From: Rubripirellula sp.
GTDB lineage: Bacteria; Planctomycetota; Planctomycetia; Pirellulales; Pirellulaceae
Direction: 5' to 3'
DNA: 64,000 bases
Assembly: GCA_965216875.1 (NCBI GenBank)
Contig: OZ244207.1
Coordinates: 1,440,001-1,504,000, forward strand
The notes beneath the pieces were generated by a model. That model did no database searches. It was not told where the DNA came from and saw only the letters and a list, made by a program, of their open reading frames with translations. Positions 21,107 to 31,421 of the stretch are shown here, piece after piece; the first letter of the stretch is position 1; the number at the start of each line of letters is the position of its first letter. A program made the translations under genes and the position numbers.

Positions 21107-22735
21107 CTAGAAATCGATCCGTTCCATGCCTGCGATCGTTAGTAGGCGATGGAAAAGGTTCGCCCCCATGTCGACGGGATAGTCGACGACCGCGCCGTCG
21201 GCTTTGAGAACCTTGAATTGGCCATCGTCGTCGACGTGCAGTCCTTTGAACGGATTGTCGTGGTCGACTTCCCAATCGGCCGGCTTGGTCCAAGGTACAG
21301 CCGATTCTGCGTCCGTTGCGACGACCATCACCGAATTGGAGAGCCCGTCCAAGATGTCGCGAAAGCGTGTGGGGTCATGCACATCGTTGAACATCAATCC
21401 TTCGCCCGTTGGCACTTGATAGACCGTTTTGCCGCCTTCCGTTTTGATGCGAGGGTGACGGTAGACCGCAGGCATGCGATCGAGCAATTTGATGTTGTGG
21501 TCGCTGTCCCAAGGTTCGTCCAACCGAAACTCTTCGTACAACGCTTGCTCTTCGACGAACGGCAACACTTTGACGCGCCAACTTAACAAGGGTGTTCCAT
21601 CATCGCTTTTGATTCCTTGGCGCGGCATGGCTCGATAGGCCGAATGATGATTGTGCATCGCAAGGCCCAGCATCCGCAGGTTGTTTGTAACCCGTGACCT
21701 TGGCATCGCAAGCTCCGCTCGCTGGACCACCGGTGCCATCAAACCCATCACCATGAACGAGTCGTAAGACATAAGGTCGTTTAGCGAATAGTTGATGGTC
21801 AAGCGGCGTCCTTCTCGCTTTGGCGTCAGCTGCGTGACCATGCGGTCAGCCATGCGGTTTACATATTTCTTCATCGCCTGGGGGACGGCACCCTCCTGCA
21901 TGTCGAGCTGCATCTCCATCGGTGCGACCGCCATCATCCGGCCCATGGTCAGTCCATCTCGGAGGATTTCTTCGAGAGTGTTTGCCGACACCTCGTCCTT
22001 AGCGAGCAGGACGAGATTGATTCCTGTGTCGAGATCGTTGACGTCCAACCGTACCAAGATCGCATCGAGGTGATCGGGGATCGAAGTGAATGGCATGAAG
22101 GGAGGCGGAATCTGAGGCCCGATCGATTGCAACAATCCGTTGACGATTGGCCGCACAGGTTCCACAGCGATCAGGATCGCCAGCTGGCCGTTATGGGTGA
22201 CCACCTTGGCATACTTTTGCAACGCGGCATCGTTCCCCCCGTCCGCCGAACGCAAGACGCTGTCGATGTATTTGGACGAAGCCAAAACGAGCGTGTCGTC
22301 GGCAAGTTGATGAGCGACCACACCCGGATCAGCAAATTGGATGCAAGCGTGACCATCGATATCGACTTTCTTCATTTCGCCGCCGAACAGGGCGGGATTG
22401 AATTTCTCGATATCGACCTTTTCCGTGAATTTGACGACGAGTCCGAACAACGCGTCGCTTGGCCCAGGCGTGCCAACCACAATTCGCGCCGACTCAACTT
22501 TCGAAACAGGGACGCCGACGGTCTCGATACACCACGCATCCACGATCTCGCGAGGCATGTATTCGAGGTTTGGGCTTTCGAGGACTTCGATTGGATTCAA
22601 AACCGCGGTGGCGAATCCATCGATCGGAATGTATTGGCTGCCTAACTTACGTTGCTCTTGCCCGTGCAACGAAAGGGGCGAAACCGCGAAAACGCAGATC
22701 AAACCAATAACAGCTCGCAAATGAACTCGAATCAT
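21107..22735 (-). CDS. Secreted protein with C-terminal DUF1559 domain
   Basis: NNLRMLGLAMHNHHS, LLSWRVKVLPFVE, DEPWDSDHN, DILDGLSNS, VPWTKP, ADGAV. Confidence 0.88.
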   Translation of the reverse strand: MIRVHLRAVIGLICVFAVSPLSLHGQEQRKLGSQYIPIDGFATAVLNPIEVLESPNLEYMPREIVDAWCIETVGVPVSKVESARIVVGTPGPSDALFGLVVKFTEKVDIEKFNPALFGGEMKKVDIDGHACIQFADPGVVAHQLADDTLVLASSKYIDSVLRSADGGNDAALQKYAKVVTHNGQLAILIAVEPVRPIVNGLLQSIGPQIPPPFMPFTSIPDHLDAILVRLDVNDLDTGINLVLLAKDEVSANTLEEILRDGLTMGRMMAVAPMEMQLDMQEGAVPQAMKKYVNRMADRMVTQLTPKREGRRLTINYSLNDLMSYDSFMVMGLMAPVVQRAELAMPRSRVTNNLRMLGLAMHNHHSAYRAMPRQGIKSDDGTPLLSWRVKVLPFVEEQALYEEFRLDEPWDSDHNIKLLDRMPAVYRHPRIKTEGGKTVYQVPTGEGLMFNDVHDPTRFRDILDGLSNSVMVVATDAESAVPWTKPADWEVDHDNPFKGLHVDDDGQFKVLKADGAVVDYPVDMGANLFHRLLTIAGMERIDF

Positions 22736-22921
22736 GACAACGTCAGCCTTTGCCCAGGGTTGGAATTTGAGTCGTAGCGTCTGATTCTAGCACAGGTCGA
22801 CACCTCGGTGAGTGCTGGTCGCCTCCGTCGCGAGTAAACGTTTGTCGCCTTTCGCGCCGCGGAAAGTCGCTTAGCCCAACGTTGTGGGGGAGGCACCATC
22901 AACGTCCGAAGGCGACCAACG

Positions 22922-22961
22922 AAAAAGGCCACAGGCCGACGGTGACGTCGGGCCTGTGGCC
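22922..22961 (-). terminator. Intrinsic terminator downstream of the Gfo/Idh/MocA gene
   Basis: Minus strand GGCCACAGGCCCGACG-tcac-CGTCGGCCTGTGGCC-TTTTT. Confidence 0.75.
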
Positions 22962-23013
22962 ATCGTTGATCATGGTTTCCAAGGAGGTCGAACTCTTGGA
23001 AGGAATTGGCGAA

Positions 23014-24357
23014 CTAGACTTCGCGGCTCTTGCGGCTCATCAAGGCGTTTGCTTCATCGTCGTCGATGAACTGTTCGGCCTTTGGATCCCATTTCAACTC
23101 GCGGCCCAACATCACAGCGATGTTGCACATGTGACACGAGGTCATTGTGCGATGGTGGGACCAGACATCTGAGATCGGTTTGCTGCGATCTTCGATGCAC
23201 TCAAAGAAGTTTCGCATGTGACCGCGAGGCTGTTTGCCTTTGCAGAGTTTGACGATGGCTTCGTTGATTTCCTTTTTGTCTTCTTCGGTCAAGTCATTGA
23301 CCGGGCGACCTTCGAGTTTGCCGCGGTTGACAAAAATGCGTCCCTTTTCGCCTTCGAAAAGAATGCCGTTTCCAAAGTCGACATTGTCGCCTTCGCGTTT
23401 GTAGTGATTGTTGACGCTCAGAACCGAGCCGTTTTCGAACGTCAAATCAATGTGGAACTGCGTCAACGTGTTGTAGCCGTTGGGCAACGAAGCTTCGCCA
23501 TCAAGGAAAGCGTTCCAGTTGAAATCGCTTGGTACGATGCCGGGGAACTTGCCTTCGCCTTTGGCTTTGATCGGTCCGGTTTCGCCGGGAGCAAGAGCCC
23601 ACTGAGCGATATCGATGTGGTGAGCACCCCAATCGGTCATCTTGCCGCCTGAGTATTCGAAATACCAACGGAACATGCGACGACGTTCTTCGCAGTACTT
23701 CGCTTCAGGAGCCGGCCCGACCCACATGTTCCAATCGATGTCTTCTGGAGCTTCGGTTGATTCGAAAGGTCCGCCGCCAGGTGCGCCGCCGATGGCGACG
23801 TAAGCATTGACGTTCTTTCCGAGTCGGCCGCTTTGCACAATCGCGATCGCGGTCAGGAACTTGTCAACGGTGCTTCGTTGTTGCGTGCCAACCTGGAAGA
23901 CCTTGCCGGTTTCTTCGACAACCTTGCGAATCTGCTTGCCTTCTTCGATGGTCAGCGTCAACGGCTTTTCGCAGTAGACGTCACAGCCGGCGCGAAGTGC
24001 AGCGATTGCGATCGGCACGTGCCAGTGGTCCGGAGTACCGATGGTGACAACATCGAGATTCTCTTTCTCGAGCATTTCACGGTAGTCGGTGTATTCGTTC
24101 AGCTTGCCGCCGAAGTGCTTTTCGCTGAATTCTTTGGTGTGCAATTTATCGACGTCGCAAACGGCAACCATGTTGGCGAAATTCGATGCTTCGCGTGCAA
24201 TCGCGCCGCCGCGGTTGTATCGCCCACGGCTACCGCCGACTCCGATGGAACCGAGGCGTAGTTTTTTCGAATCTTCTTGCGCGAGTGCGGGGGCGCAGGC
24301 TACGGCAGCCGATCCAGCTGCGGTCGTTTTCAAGAATCCACGACGTGAGGATTTCAT
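23014..24357 (-). CDS. Gfo/Idh/MocA family oxidoreductase, TAT-exported
   Basis: SRRGFLK, TPDHWH, DVYCEKP, QVGTQQRS, DWGAHH. Confidence 0.95.
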   Translation of the reverse strand: MKSSRRGFLKTTAAGSAAVACAPALAQEDSKKLRLGSIGVGGSRGRYNRGGAIAREASNFANMVAVCDVDKLHTKEFSEKHFGGKLNEYTDYREMLEKENLDVVTIGTPDHWHVPIAIAALRAGCDVYCEKPLTLTIEEGKQIRKVVEETGKVFQVGTQQRSTVDKFLTAIAIVQSGRLGKNVNAYVAIGGAPGGGPFESTEAPEDIDWNMWVGPAPEAKYCEERRRMFRWYFEYSGGKMTDWGAHHIDIAQWALAPGETGPIKAKGEGKFPGIVPSDFNWNAFLDGEASLPNGYNTLTQFHIDLTFENGSVLSVNNHYKREGDNVDFGNGILFEGEKGRIFVNRGKLEGRPVNDLTEEDKKEINEAIVKLCKGKQPRGHMRNFFECIEDRSKPISDVWSHHRTMTSCHMCNIAVMLGRELKWDPKAEQFIDDDEANALMSRKSREV

Positions 24358-24527
24358 CGACAAGTCCCTTTGAAAGGCGAGTGGGAGGGGGAGGTGTAAG
24401 GTTGCCACATGATACATAGGACTCACCGCGACGTGTCGCGCGGTGTTCCACAATCCGGTCACATCCTGGCGGGCGGTGGTTAATTATCCGGGTTGTTGGT
24501 TCAGAATCGTATTGGCGTTCCAACAAA

Positions 24528-24644
24528 CACCCTCCCGCTTGCGGGAGGGTCGGACGCTAAAGTCCGGGGAGGGATTGATCGTTACAAAACCGACCCTCAC
24601 CGGGCCTTTGAGCCCGACTCTCCCAAGGACCCAAGGGAGAGTGT
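24528..24644. repeat. Composite palindromic repeat family D
   Basis: CCCTCCCGCTTGCGGGAGGGTCGGACGCTAAAGTCCGGGGAGGG...CCCGACTCTCCC; inverted copy at 32802-32910. Confidence 0.85.
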
Positions 24645-24663
24645 CAACGCAAAACTCAGCTAT

Positions 24664-26106
24664 CTAGAATCCGCCGGGGCTGCTGAATTCGGCGTAGTCG
24701 TCGAATTCGCTGTGGCGTTCGGCGGCGCGGTCGCTGAACCGTGTGAAGTCGGCTTCCCAAGTCAGTTCGACATCGCCCACGGGACCGTTACGCTGTTTGG
24801 CGATGATGATCTCGGCTTGCCCTGCATACTGAGCTCGATCTTCGCCGCGATGGTAATACTCTTCGCGGTGCACAAACATCACCACGTCAGCATCTTGCTC
24901 GATCGCACCCGACTCACGCAGGTGACTCAACTTTGGTTTGTGGTCTTTGCTGTCTTCAGCCTGGCGATTGAGCTGTGAAAGGCAAAGCAACGGGACTTCC
25001 AATTCACGCGCTACCCCTTTCAAGCGACGCGCGATCTTTGCCACTTGTTCCTGACGCGGATCACGCGAGTTGTCCGGTTCGATCAATTGCAGGTAGTCGA
25101 TCACAATCATCCCAAGCGCATCTTCGCGCCGTTTGATCCGACGCGCGGCCGCTGCGATTTCACTGACCGTGCGGCTCGGCGAATCATCGACGAACAGTGG
25201 TGCTTGGCTGATTTCGTTGGCTTTGTTGACCAACCGCATGCGGTCATCGCCCGAGATCGTTCCATTGCGAAGCCGGTGACCGTTGACGCGAGCAAGAGAA
25301 CAGAGCATACGGTCGGCGAGCTCGATGCCGGACATTTCCAAGCTGACAAACAAAACGGGCGCGCGTTGTTCGATCGAAACGTGCTCGGCAATGTTCATCG
25401 CGAGCGCGGTTTTGCCCATCGATGGCCGAGCGGCCAGAATGATCAGTTCGCCGTTATGCAAACCACCGGTCATTTCATCAAAACGCGATAGTCCTGTCTC
25501 GGCACCGCCGTCGACATATTCGTCGCGCAGTCGAGCTTCCATTCGGTCCATCGCTTGATGCAGCACATCGCTGATCGAATGGACGCTTTGGCCACCGCGC
25601 CCATCCATGATGGCGAAGACCTTTTGTTCCGCTTGAGCGCAGAGTTCTTTGGCGGTTGAGTGTTGATCGTAAGCATCACGCAGGATGTCGGTGCTCGATT
25701 CGATCAGCTTCCGATAGACCGCCTTCTCCATCACGATGCTGGAATAGAAGACGGCGTGCGCCGCATTGGGGACCGCACCGGACAAACGTGCAAGGTAGGG
25801 CGCGCCCCCAATCTTTTCGTAGTCGCCAGCCGTTCGCAGACGCGCGACCAACAAGGTCACGTCGATCTTTTCGCCCGTATCATGCATCTCCCGCAATTGA
25901 TGATAGATCTTGCGGTTGGCATCGTCGTAAAAATCATCAGCCTTGAGCGATGCGATTTCGTCACAGACCTCGGGCATCAACAAGATACTTCCGATCACGC
26001 CCATTTCGGCTTCGAGGTCAAACGGCGGCTGGCGCTGAAGGACTTCGGTGATGCTGGCTTCGCGTTTCTTCTTGCCGCGAAAGTTTGAATTGTCTTCAGA
26101 GATCAA
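24664..26106 (-). CDS. dnaB: Replicative DNA helicase
   Basis: PPFDLEAE, AARPSMGKT, SLEM, IDYLQL, LSQLNR, LRESGAIEQDAD, KQRNGP; TTG start uncertain. Confidence 0.97.
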   Translation of the reverse strand: MISEDNSNFRGKKKREASITEVLQRQPPFDLEAEMGVIGSILLMPEVCDEIASLKADDFYDDANRKIYHQLREMHDTGEKIDVTLLVARLRTAGDYEKIGGAPYLARLSGAVPNAAHAVFYSSIVMEKAVYRKLIESSTDILRDAYDQHSTAKELCAQAEQKVFAIMDGRGGQSVHSISDVLHQAMDRMEARLRDEYVDGGAETGLSRFDEMTGGLHNGELIILAARPSMGKTALAMNIAEHVSIEQRAPVLFVSLEMSGIELADRMLCSLARVNGHRLRNGTISGDDRMRLVNKANEISQAPLFVDDSPSRTVSEIAAAARRIKRREDALGMIVIDYLQLIEPDNSRDPRQEQVAKIARRLKGVARELEVPLLCLSQLNRQAEDSKDHKPKLSHLRESGAIEQDADVVMFVHREEYYHRGEDRAQYAGQAEIIIAKQRNGPVGDVELTWEADFTRFSDRAAERHSEFDDYAEFSSPGGF

Positions 26107-26250
26107 GGCTGGATTCCGGTCCGTGGAATGGAAACGTCAAGTTTGAGTTTACAGCGCGAAGGCGGTTTGGGCAGCCGCCTTTTCGAGTCAGACAGGGAAG
26201 GAGGGCTGCTTTGGATTCCGCGCGTCTGAGCGTTGGCTTTCGCGGGGAAA

Positions 26251-27987
26251 TCAACCACTTCGTAGCAGCGATTCGACCCGGTCGATCGCCTGTTGGACGG
26301 TCATGGCCGTTCCGGCTCGACCAATCGGTTTGCCGTTATCACGCCACTTTTCGACGTTTTTTCCGGCTGCGATCGCCGTGCTGTGTGAACGCCCCCCAAA
26401 GTGCCCGGCAATCTCACTGTAGGCCGCGGAAGTCAGTTGTCGCGACAGGTACATTGCGAGCATGCGTGGTTCCGAAACCGCTCGAGTTTGAGCCGCGCCC
26501 CGAAGCGAATCGTCGGGCAAATTGAACGCGCGACAGACGGCTGATTCGATCGTGCGGAGTGTCGCGACCGGCTGAGCTGCGCGGAGGAGGTCGCCACAAT
26601 ATTGGTGGATTTCGTCGATCGACGGCATCCGTGCAAACATGCGCTGCAATGTACCGATCATGTTGGCAACACCTTGCAGCACGCGGCCGTCACCAGCCAG
26701 CAGCGGAACCAGGTACTCGACGACACTCTCGGGCACTTCCAATGGGCAACGGCCCGCAAAGGTCCGGGCCAAAAGCTCATGTCGGGTCGCGGGGTCGAGT
26801 GGTTCGAGCGGGCAGAGTAATCCGCCCGAAAGTCGACCGGCGAGTTCGCGATTGAGACCTGGGATTTCGGTTGGCGACTGGTTGCCGCTAAAGATCATCG
26901 GGCATCCACTCTCGAGCAACGTCTCGACCGTGTAGAGCATCTCGCGAAGCGTGGCGCTTTTTGATCCGAGGAATTGAACGTCGTCAACCAGTAACGCGTC
27001 GACTTCGCGATAGCGACGGCGGAAAGATGCGATGCCGCTGTTACCGACCGAAGTAATGAAATCGTTCGTGAATTGCTCTGCCGACATTTGGATGACACGC
27101 CGCATGCGATGACGACGTCGAAACTGTTCAGCGATCGCGGTCAACAAATGCGTTTTGCCAGATCCCGTCGGACCGGAGACGAATAACGGGCTCGCGGTCG
27201 TGGGCACTTGAATGGTCATCACCATGGCGGTGTGCGCCAAACGATTGCAGCTTCCTTGAATGAAGGCTGCCGCGTTCATTTCGGATCGACGTTGGTTCGA
27301 ATCCGCTTCGCCGCCCTTTGCCTGAGCCTCATTTGCGTCAAGTTCTGGCAGATCAGGCTGGACCAAGCTTTCGGTTTGCGCTGACTTGACGGGACGATCG
27401 ACTCGCCGTGTCGTGACCTTTGCCGGACGCGATCCGGTCGCGCCTTGAACCAATTGACCGATGCTGGTCGTTTTGTTGCGCCCGCCTCGTCCACGCGTTG
27501 TCTTGGTCGGTCGACGTTTGGAGCCAGTTGTGGCGGTCGCAGCCGCGCTCGAGTTGGTCTTGTCGGTTGGGGTTGCCGTGACGTCCGCAGTTGCCGTGAC
27601 ATCTGGGGTTTTTGGGGCGTCCGCGTCGAAAGGCAACGCCTTCTGAACGGGCACGGTCTCGTCCAGCTGGATCACCAGCTCGGTTTTGGGACCTGCAACT
27701 TGCACCGCAGCGGCACGCAACTCGCGAACAAAGTTCTTGCGAAGCCGTTCGATTGCAAACGGACTTTGAACCATGACAAGAACCTTGCCACCACTGGCAT
27801 CCGAAGCGGTCTGCGACGAAGGCGACGCCGATGCCTGGAAAGCAAAGGTGACTCCGCGCGTAAACCACATCCGATACCGGTCTGCACCGATGCGTTGTTC
27901 AACTGCTTCCTTGAAGGTTTCGACAACGTCCTTGTCGTCGATGCAGCCTTGCGGTGCAGACATACTGGTAGCGCAATCCTCCGTCAT
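26251..27987 (-). CDS. dnaA: DnaA-family replication initiator paralog with long linker domain
   Basis: Domain I (YRMWF), Walker A GPTGSGKTHLL, LLVDDVQFL, domain IV PRMLAMYLSRQLT..IAGHFGGRSHSTAI. Confidence 0.88.
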   Translation of the reverse strand: MTEDCATSMSAPQGCIDDKDVVETFKEAVEQRIGADRYRMWFTRGVTFAFQASASPSSQTASDASGGKVLVMVQSPFAIERLRKNFVRELRAAAVQVAGPKTELVIQLDETVPVQKALPFDADAPKTPDVTATADVTATPTDKTNSSAAATATTGSKRRPTKTTRGRGGRNKTTSIGQLVQGATGSRPAKVTTRRVDRPVKSAQTESLVQPDLPELDANEAQAKGGEADSNQRRSEMNAAAFIQGSCNRLAHTAMVMTIQVPTTASPLFVSGPTGSGKTHLLTAIAEQFRRRHRMRRVIQMSAEQFTNDFITSVGNSGIASFRRRYREVDALLVDDVQFLGSKSATLREMLYTVETLLESGCPMIFSGNQSPTEIPGLNRELAGRLSGGLLCPLEPLDPATRHELLARTFAGRCPLEVPESVVEYLVPLLAGDGRVLQGVANMIGTLQRMFARMPSIDEIHQYCGDLLRAAQPVATLRTIESAVCRAFNLPDDSLRGAAQTRAVSEPRMLAMYLSRQLTSAAYSEIAGHFGGRSHSTAIAAGKNVEKWRDNGKPIGRAGTAMTVQQAIDRVESLLRSG

Positions 27988-28200
27988 GGATGTTTCGCGA
28001 TGCAACCAAGACAACGATCCAGCGAGCCCCATTGGCAATGGCCGAGTCGTTGTACTCCTTCGTGCGTGTGATGGGTCAGGCCGCCGAAGCGTTGGCAATG
28101 AAATCTGGTCGCCAACCTAGCTCCGCTGGGCGGCAACGTGGCCTCCCAACACGCGTTTTCTCGCCTCCGATGAATAGGTTTCCTTTCAGCGAGGGAAGAG

Positions 28201-28228
28201 ATTCTAGGGTTGCTAGCATTCAAGTCAA
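28201..28228 (-). promoter_or_regulatory. Sigma70-type promoter upstream of dnaA
   Basis: Minus strand TTGACT, 16-nt spacer, TAGAAT. Confidence 0.55.
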
Positions 28229-28654
28229 ACACCCTCTCCTCGCTCCCTGACAAGATTCCAGTTCGGCCTACGCACAGGTGTTAAAAGCGACGCGATTGGC
28301 GCTCTTTTGGACCTGGGCCACCGACGTCCAAGCGGGCATCGGCGAGATGGGAAGACTGTACCATGCGGTGGAAAACCTGTCGGCAACAGAAAGCTCATCG
28401 AAACTTCATTTCGAGCTAATTGCCGTAAGCGATGAGGTCACAACGGGTTAGGAAAGATGTGTCGGCGCGGTTGGCGTTTTCAGGGCCGTTGGAGGCAAAG
28501 TCCCTTTTGCGGCCCCCCGATTAGAACAACTTCGATGAGCCTCTGTCTGTGAGCAATGAGCCGTTGGCCGTGAGGCCTCGGGCCCTTGGTACTCACGCAG
28601 GTTGCTCGAAGGCCCGGCCGCTGCCGCGATCACGGCTCACTTGTGTGGACTCGC

Positions 28655-28694
28655 GTAGGCCGGATCAAGGAGCGTTAGCGACGCTGATCCGGCA
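28655..28694. repeat. REP element resembling the enterobacterial REP consensus
   Basis: GTAGGCCGGATCAAGGAGCGTTAGCGACGCTGATCCGGCA. Confidence 0.7.
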
Positions 28695-28731
28695 GACTCT
28701 TGGTTTGCGTTCAACCATCCGGGCACTCGCT

Positions 28732-29715
28732 TCATGCTGCTTGGCCGACCCGTTTGACCCAGACCGACTCGGAGAGCACGGGGGCGAAGCCGAGTTGGTG
28801 GTAGATGCGGCGCGCCCAGTGATTTGCCTGATCCACTGCCATGATCATTTGCTCGGCGCCCAACTCACCGGCACGTTGCATTGCCAATCGAACCAACTCG
28901 CGGCCGATCCCATGCCCGCGCGCCTCGGGCAGCACGCCCATGTAGACGAGCTCAATCACCGACGAAGCCGACTCGCGACGATGTTGTGCCAGGATCAAGA
29001 CACCGGCCAGGCGATCGTTGGTAGTGTCTCGGATTCGAAACCACAGCTCGGGCGCAAAAGAACCTGACGCGCGATATCCACAAAGTGTCTGTTCTGTCCG
29101 GCGGTATTTCGCGAGATCGGGACAATCCGCCGTCTCGCGATAGGTTTGTTCAACGATCTCGACCAACGCCTTCCACTGAGACGTGTCGTCGAGCTCGATC
29201 GGTTCCAGAACGACCTGTGACGTGGACGCGGGTTCGGTGTTCTCGGCAAGCGAGCCACTCAGGTATTCGAGTTGTGCGATGTGTTCAAAACCGCACGCTC
29301 GATACCAACTGGATGAGGCTTCGATTGAATCGGGGTTCGGGTCGGAGGCCCATTGTAGGAATTCGACACCTTGGTTGGCGAGTTCTCTGTCTAGAAAATC
29401 GTTGAGCACACGTTGTGCGTTGGAAAGGAGTGGGGCATCGAGTGACGCGACGCTGCCGATATGCACAACGGTCGCCGCCGACGCCGCTTCTTCGTTGCCT
29501 GGTGTTGGCGACGTCCTGATCACTACGGCTGCGGCAACGGGCTTTTGCTGTTCGTCCACCACGGTGGCTACGAAGACAAGGCCTGGGTCGGCGGAGATCG
29601 CGAGGCGGATCTGATCGACTGCAATCTGCCCACGGGCGATTGAGAGGTCGGAAAGCAGCAGAGGCAAGAGGGCCTGCAGGTTCGACAAGGGCGTGGCATG
29701 AACACTAAATGGCAT
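28732..29715 (-). CDS. GNAT family acetyltransferase
   Basis: LVYMGVLPEARGHGIG (acetyl-CoA motif A), AVDQAN..A..IY..LGF. Confidence 0.9.
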   Translation of the reverse strand: MPFSVHATPLSNLQALLPLLLSDLSIARGQIAVDQIRLAISADPGLVFVATVVDEQQKPVAAAVVIRTSPTPGNEEAASAATVVHIGSVASLDAPLLSNAQRVLNDFLDRELANQGVEFLQWASDPNPDSIEASSSWYRACGFEHIAQLEYLSGSLAENTEPASTSQVVLEPIELDDTSQWKALVEIVEQTYRETADCPDLAKYRRTEQTLCGYRASGSFAPELWFRIRDTTNDRLAGVLILAQHRRESASSVIELVYMGVLPEARGHGIGRELVRLAMQRAGELGAEQMIMAVDQANHWARRIYHQLGFAPVLSESVWVKRVGQAA

Positions 29716-29990
29716 TAGCGGGACACTCTCCCTCGCTGTCCAAGGTGTCTTGCCCGAGCGGGCGACCAACAAAAGTGATCGCGCGTCGGCTCGACATCAA
29801 ATGGAACGTGATTTCGACATATCTGGTGTATTCCACCACGTGTAAATGACCAACTGTGGAGCGCTTGCGACGCGATGCCGCCGCTTTTCTAACGTGGCAC
29901 TTCGTTCTTATGATAAGGGCACTATGATAAGGGTTGGTACCGCATCAACGGACAGCCCTTTTTGAGCCCTTCCCATTACGGACAACTAAA

Positions 29991-31376
29991 ATGTCTCGCC
30001 GATTCGTCACGAGCGTGCTCGCTGCAACCGCCGCATTCTGCATTGCTGGAGAGGTGCACCGACAAGCGGATGCACAGGGACTGTTGCGTCGCATTCGAAG
30101 CCGAATCGAGTCGCGGATCGTGGCACCTCCGGCCGGGCCACTGAGTCAGCAAGCTGGGGCACCTAATCAAGCGGCGCCAAATCCAAACGCTCGGCCAACA
30201 CCTGCCGGTGCACGTGTTTCTCCAATTGGCGGCTCGCCAAACGGTGCGCCCGAGCAAACGGGCTCGCAGACGACCAGCCGCTATGGTGGCTCCATCTTGG
30301 CTCCCAATGCTCCCAAAGGCGGCCGCCCTTCGCTTGGCGTGCTTGTCCACGAAGCGGCCACCCCCGGCCCCAATGCTCAGCCTGGATTGGAGGTTGCCGA
30401 ATTCCAGAACCAATCGCAAGCAGATGAGGCCGGTTTGAAAAAGGGCGACATCATCGTTGCCATCGATGGGCGTCCGACTCCGACAACGAGTGCCGTCTCA
30501 ACAATTTTGATTGGCAAACGCTTCGGGCAAACCGTTAATGCGCAGGTTGTGCGTGACGCGCGGCCAATCGTCGTTCGCGTCCCACTGGTCGGTTCACAAA
30601 CGGTGGCCGCAAATGAAGTCGCGGGCAGCCAGATTGCGGGCAGCCAGATCGCTGGAGTGCCGCCGGCGGTTCGGCAGTCGGGACAGAGCATCCTGCTCAA
30701 ACCAGATGTCAAGCAGAGCGATTCTGACGACGCCACGGCGAGCAACGTTCGCGTTGACAATCAAGTCGTAAGCGATTTTGGCCTGGAAGTGGAAGACGCT
30801 GAATCGGCGCGGGGTGCGATTGTCAAGACGGTTCAACAAAAGAGTGCGGCGCAGTCCGCGGGACTCAAGCCGGGCGACCGTGTGGTTTCGATCGATGGAA
30901 CACTCATCGACGGTGCCGATGCGGTCGCCGATGTACTTGCCAAGAAGAAAGACGAAGACGCCTTTACCCTGCGTTTGGTCCGTGGCGGAAAACTGATCAA
31001 CGCGGACGCAAGCTTCGCAGCCAAGACGGGCGCAGCCACATCGAAGGCAAAGGAGGCCGCCGAGGCCTTGCCGTCACTCGAAGGCATTGGGTCAGCCCTC
31101 GGTGGACTCTTCGGTAGCAACGACGGAGCAAAGAAGAACGAAGAGAAGTCGAAAGTTCGCCAGGTCGATTTTGAAGAGGCAGCAGAGAAGCCGGCTCAAG
31201 ACGATGCCGGTTCGAAACTTGAAAACGACCCGCCCTCGCTGGAATCGCTCGAACCGCCGTCTGCCGAGCCGGTTGATCGCGATCTTGATGAATCGAGCGA
31301 ATCGGAAATTCTTCGCAGGAAGATTCGAGAGCTCGAAGATCGCCTCAAACAAATCCAAGAAGACAACCAGAAATAG
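29991..31376 (+). CDS. Secreted tandem PDZ-domain protein
   Basis: Two PDZ signatures (ADEAGLKKGDIIVAIDG; AAQSAGLKPGDRVVSIDG), signal peptide, coiled-coil tail. Confidence 0.88.
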   Translation: MSRRFVTSVLAATAAFCIAGEVHRQADAQGLLRRIRSRIESRIVAPPAGPLSQQAGAPNQAAPNPNARPTPAGARVSPIGGSPNGAPEQTGSQTTSRYGGSILAPNAPKGGRPSLGVLVHEAATPGPNAQPGLEVAEFQNQSQADEAGLKKGDIIVAIDGRPTPTTSAVSTILIGKRFGQTVNAQVVRDARPIVVRVPLVGSQTVAANEVAGSQIAGSQIAGVPPAVRQSGQSILLKPDVKQSDSDDATASNVRVDNQVVSDFGLEVEDAESARGAIVKTVQQKSAAQSAGLKPGDRVVSIDGTLIDGADAVADVLAKKKDEDAFTLRLVRGGKLINADASFAAKTGAATSKAKEAAEALPSLEGIGSALGGLFGSNDGAKKNEEKSKVRQVDFEEAAEKPAQDDAGSKLENDPPSLESLEPPSAEPVDRDLDESSESEILRRKIRELEDRLKQIQEDNQK

Positions 31377-31421
31377 CGGGGATCGCGAAGTCTCTTGTCG
31401 ACGTGATACAACATTGGTGAC

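Noticed and set aside
24664..26106. Intein in dnaB
   Set aside because: Length (480 aa) and continuous motifs leave no room for an insertion.
27988..28731. Possible oriC upstream of dnaA
   Set aside because: No cluster of TTATCCACA-like boxes (only one weak GGTGGAAAA near 28368) and no AT-rich unwinding element.
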